Assembly: GCA_028023455.1 (NCBI GenBank) | Contig: JAQFVV010000002.1 | Coordinates: 32,674,001 to 32,738,000 of the forward strand | Source: Epiperipatus broadwayi | Taxonomy: Eukaryota; Animalia; Onychophora | Reading direction: 5' to 3' | Length of the DNA: 64,000 nt | Shown here: positions 61,013-64,000 of the stretch, one piece after another | How positions within the stretch are numbered: position 1 is the stretch's first letter | How the letters are laid out: every line of letters begins with the position of its first letter | The notes under the pieces: model-generated | The model's input: only the letters and a program-made list of their open reading frames with translations | The model's database searches: none | What the model was told of the DNA's origin: nothing | Program-made: the position numbers and the translations under genes

Positions 61013-62609
61013 ACATCATGAAATGTGTAGAAGACTTTTATCAAGAATTATATAGTAATAAAGAACAAGTGCCTCCTATACCTATTATATCTTCCGAATT
61101 GCCCAGAATTTTGAACGAGGAAGTGAGACATGCAATTAAATTTATGAAGAAAGGGAAGATTCCAGGTAATGATGGAATTATAATTGATATATTAAAAGAA
61201 GCAGGTGAAGAAATAGAAACAATTTTAGCACAGTTATATATCAAATGTCTAAATGATAAAGATGTACCAGATGATTGGAAGAATGCAGTATTAATATTAA
61301 TATTTAAAAAAGGTGATAAAGAAGACATTAGAAATTACAGACCTATCAGTCTTTATCAGTTTTATACAAAATTTTTACTAAGATAATTACAACTCGTCTA
61401 CAGAAAACACTGGATTTCCACCAACCAAGAGAACAAGCTGTATTTAAAAGTGGTTTTAGTACAGTAGATCATATCCAGGTATTGAGAGAAATTATAGAAA
61501 GGACAAATGAATATGAGTTGTCATTATGTTTAGGATTTGTAGACTATGAAAAGGCATTTGATTCTATAAACATTTCTTCATTGATTAAAGCATTGGATCA
61601 TCAAGGTGTAGATCCAGGATATTGTCAAATTTTAAAGAATATTTATAAAAATGCAATAGCAACAATTAGATTGCATAATGATAGTAGGAAAATCAACATT
61701 GAAAAGGGTGTAAGACAGGGTGACTCCATATCTCCAAAACTTTTTACAGCAGTGCTGCAAGAAGTATTTTGTGGATTAAAATGGGAAGCTAAAGGAGTGA
61801 AAGTAAATGGAGATTATTTAAGTCATTTAGATTTTGCATATAATGTAGTTTTTTGGTGTTTTTTTTTTTTGCAAATAATGCTTTAGAGCTACAGGAAATG
61901 TTGCAGGAGTTATCAGATGAAAGTAGGACTAAAGATAAATGTTAAAAAGACTAAAGTAATATTTAATAGATTTTTTCAAAATATGAAAATAAAGATTGAT
62001 TATGATGAGTTAGAAGAAGTTAACAGTTACAATTACCTTGGTCAGATTATTAATACAGATGGAAATATAATGGATGAAATTAATCATAGAATTAAACTTG
62101 GGTGGAGTGCTTTTGGTAGAAATAACTTGATACTAAAAGGAAATATGCCTATGTGTTTGAAAAGGAAGGCTTTTAATAAATGTGTTTTGCCAATGCTTAC
62201 TTATGGATCTGAAACTTGGACACTTAATAGAAGAGCAATACAGAGACTTCAGACCACTCAAAGGAGTATGGAGAGATGCATGTTGGGAATAACAAGAAGG
62301 GATCGAAAACGCAATGTATGGGTAAGAGAACAAACAGGTGTTACTGACCTCATTGAAAAAATTAAAAGACTAAAGTGGAGTTGGGCTGGACATATTGTTA
62401 GAAGAGATGATAATAGATGGACAATTGAAATTTTAAACGATTCCAAGAGATTGTAAAAGACCCAGAAAGAGACCACATGTGAGATGGATGGATGAAATAA
62501 GAAAGTGTGCAGGGATGATGTGGAGAAGAGAAGCTAAAGATAGGAAAAGATGGATTGAACTTGGAGAGACCTTCATCCTGCAGTGGGTTAATAATGGCTG
62601 ATGATGATG
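61013..62609 (+). mobile_element. 5'-truncated RTE LINE with RT domain, (GAT)n tail and 11-bp TSD
   Basis: RPISL, GFVDYEKAFDSI, GVRQGDSISPKLF, YLGQ in ORFs 61018-61386, 61482-61886 and 61917-62456; ATATAAAAGAT at 61002-61012 and 62610-62620. Confidence 0.95.
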
Positions 62610-63016
62610 ATATAAAAGATCTTGCCTCAACTATTTATTCACATTAATCTTTTTATCTATCAATATTTCTTTCAATAATAATCCCCGCCCCGCCTCCTTT
62701 TATTTTATGTAAGTTTCTCAGTAGTCTATTTAAACCAGTTTATTGTTTTGTTTATAGCTATCTCTAGCTATACACATAACGGGATTTGAATAAAAGTTTT
62801 AGTTTTCTTTTTAGTCACATTATTGATTGGAGAATCCTGAATTGAATATCTTTTTGCTAGCTAAACATTCTAATTAAATCTCTCGTATCATGGCTTTAAT
62901 CTAATGGTGAAAATATAAAGTGCTTATAGCTGTATTTTAGTCAGTAGCTTATAATTAAAATGATCTTTATACACTGATACAAAGCTAGCCATGATTGAAT
63001 CTATTTTAAACTTTAG

Positions 63017-63232
63017 GAAAAATCTACACTCTATCTTTTATTACAAAAATTTATCGAAAAAGAATGCCACTATGAGTTCAATTATAGAGTCTTTTCCAAA
63101 TGCCTGCTTCGCAATGCAAGAAATTTTAATTCTTTTAAAAGCACATTAGAGACATTGAAACAAAGATATAAAAAAATCATCCCTTCAGACATTTTCGCAA
63201 TCACTTGGTCACTTGTCCATCAGTACTCTCTA
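63017..63232 (+). CDS. Candidate internal host-gene exon, 72 codons (EKSTLYLLLQKFIEKECHYEFNYRVFSKCLLRNARNFNSFKSTLETLKQRYKKIIPSDIFAITWSLVHQYSL)
   Basis: TTTAAACTTTAG| acceptor, |GTGAGA donor, 216 nt, phase 0-0, no stops. Confidence 0.6.
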
Positions 63233-64000
63233 GTGAGATGTATTTTCTGTTTTCTATTTTATTGTAAATGTTTTAATAATAGTATAGTTGACTATCTTTG
63301 ATTAGTTTTGTATTAATTTTTTTTTCTTTTAAACTGAAGTATCTGTAGATATATATTTTTCTCTTTAAACTGTACTATCTGTAGATATATATTTTCTTGA
63401 CTAAAGTTCCTTCCAAAACTAGAAATCTTTTCTGATATCTTCTGAAAGTGAATAATTAAAAAAGCAATATACCAAGAAGAATGAGGGGACAATTACTTTT
63501 CATGCGATTTTTTTTAATAAATGCATCTTTTTCAAACTCTATGATATCATTATTTTTTAATTAACCTGTTGTTGATTTTTTCTTTATGATAGAGATAATC
63601 TTATTTTGAAAATCATAGTTACATATATATTTATCAAATTGACTCTTTCATCAAATGATGATTTGATTAATTATATGTTTTCTAACTTTCTTTTAAGAAA
63701 TTGACTCATTAATTAAATAATGTTTGATTATTTAACGAATCTTTTTTTTTTTAATTCTTATTCTAACGCTGTGGGTTTACAATAGTGAAAAAATTGAACA
63801 ACTCTGCATAATGTTGAGGAAGCTTTATATCCTACAGGATCAAATATTCATCCAGCATTTAATTCTTTATACGAAAGTAAACAAGCATGCTCAGGTCACT
63901 AGTATTAATATTTGGCTTTGTTTTTAATGAATGGTAAAATTACATTCATATGTACATTAAAGATTTGTTTCAATTTTTTTATTTTATTTATTATCAGCAA

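Noticed and set aside
9162-62630. Most ORF-track entries (e.g. 9162-9563, 11019-11360, 43459-43734, 56432-56725, 61041-61328, 62133-62333) as genes
   Set aside because: They are antisense or alternate-frame shadows of LINE remnants, or chance ORFs in AT-rich DNA.

Overview
Very AT-rich eukaryotic DNA (animal, probably arthropod; inferred from the repeat families), with no intact long ORF. It looks like the giant introns of an unidentified + strand host gene (candidate exons 2588-2702, 50661-50822, 63017-63232), packed with decayed mobile DNA. Recognisable elements: several RTE LINE copies with (GAT)n tails (largest 61013-62609); a near full-length RTEX-like LINE with PHD + SGNH-esterase ORF1 and APE-RT ORF2 (40015-44300, minus); an internally deleted Ty3/Gypsy element with both LTRs and a 5-bp TSD (21750-24996); tRNA-derived SINEs; and foldback elements. 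The main result is a set of Penelope-like (PLE) / retrozyme-type retrocopies carrying minimal type I hammerhead ribozymes, in at least four families. These include one intact canonical hammerhead (32937-32977, minus) inside a ~422-nt tandem unit, and a family in which a tRNA-like Pol III promoter sits just upstream of the hammerhead; that family also forms the 3' end of a GIY-YIG Penelope remnant. Many apparent 'MITE palindromes' are really TSD - inverted copy - sense copy + tail - TSD retrocopies. All coordinates, alignments and folds were read by eye and not computed.
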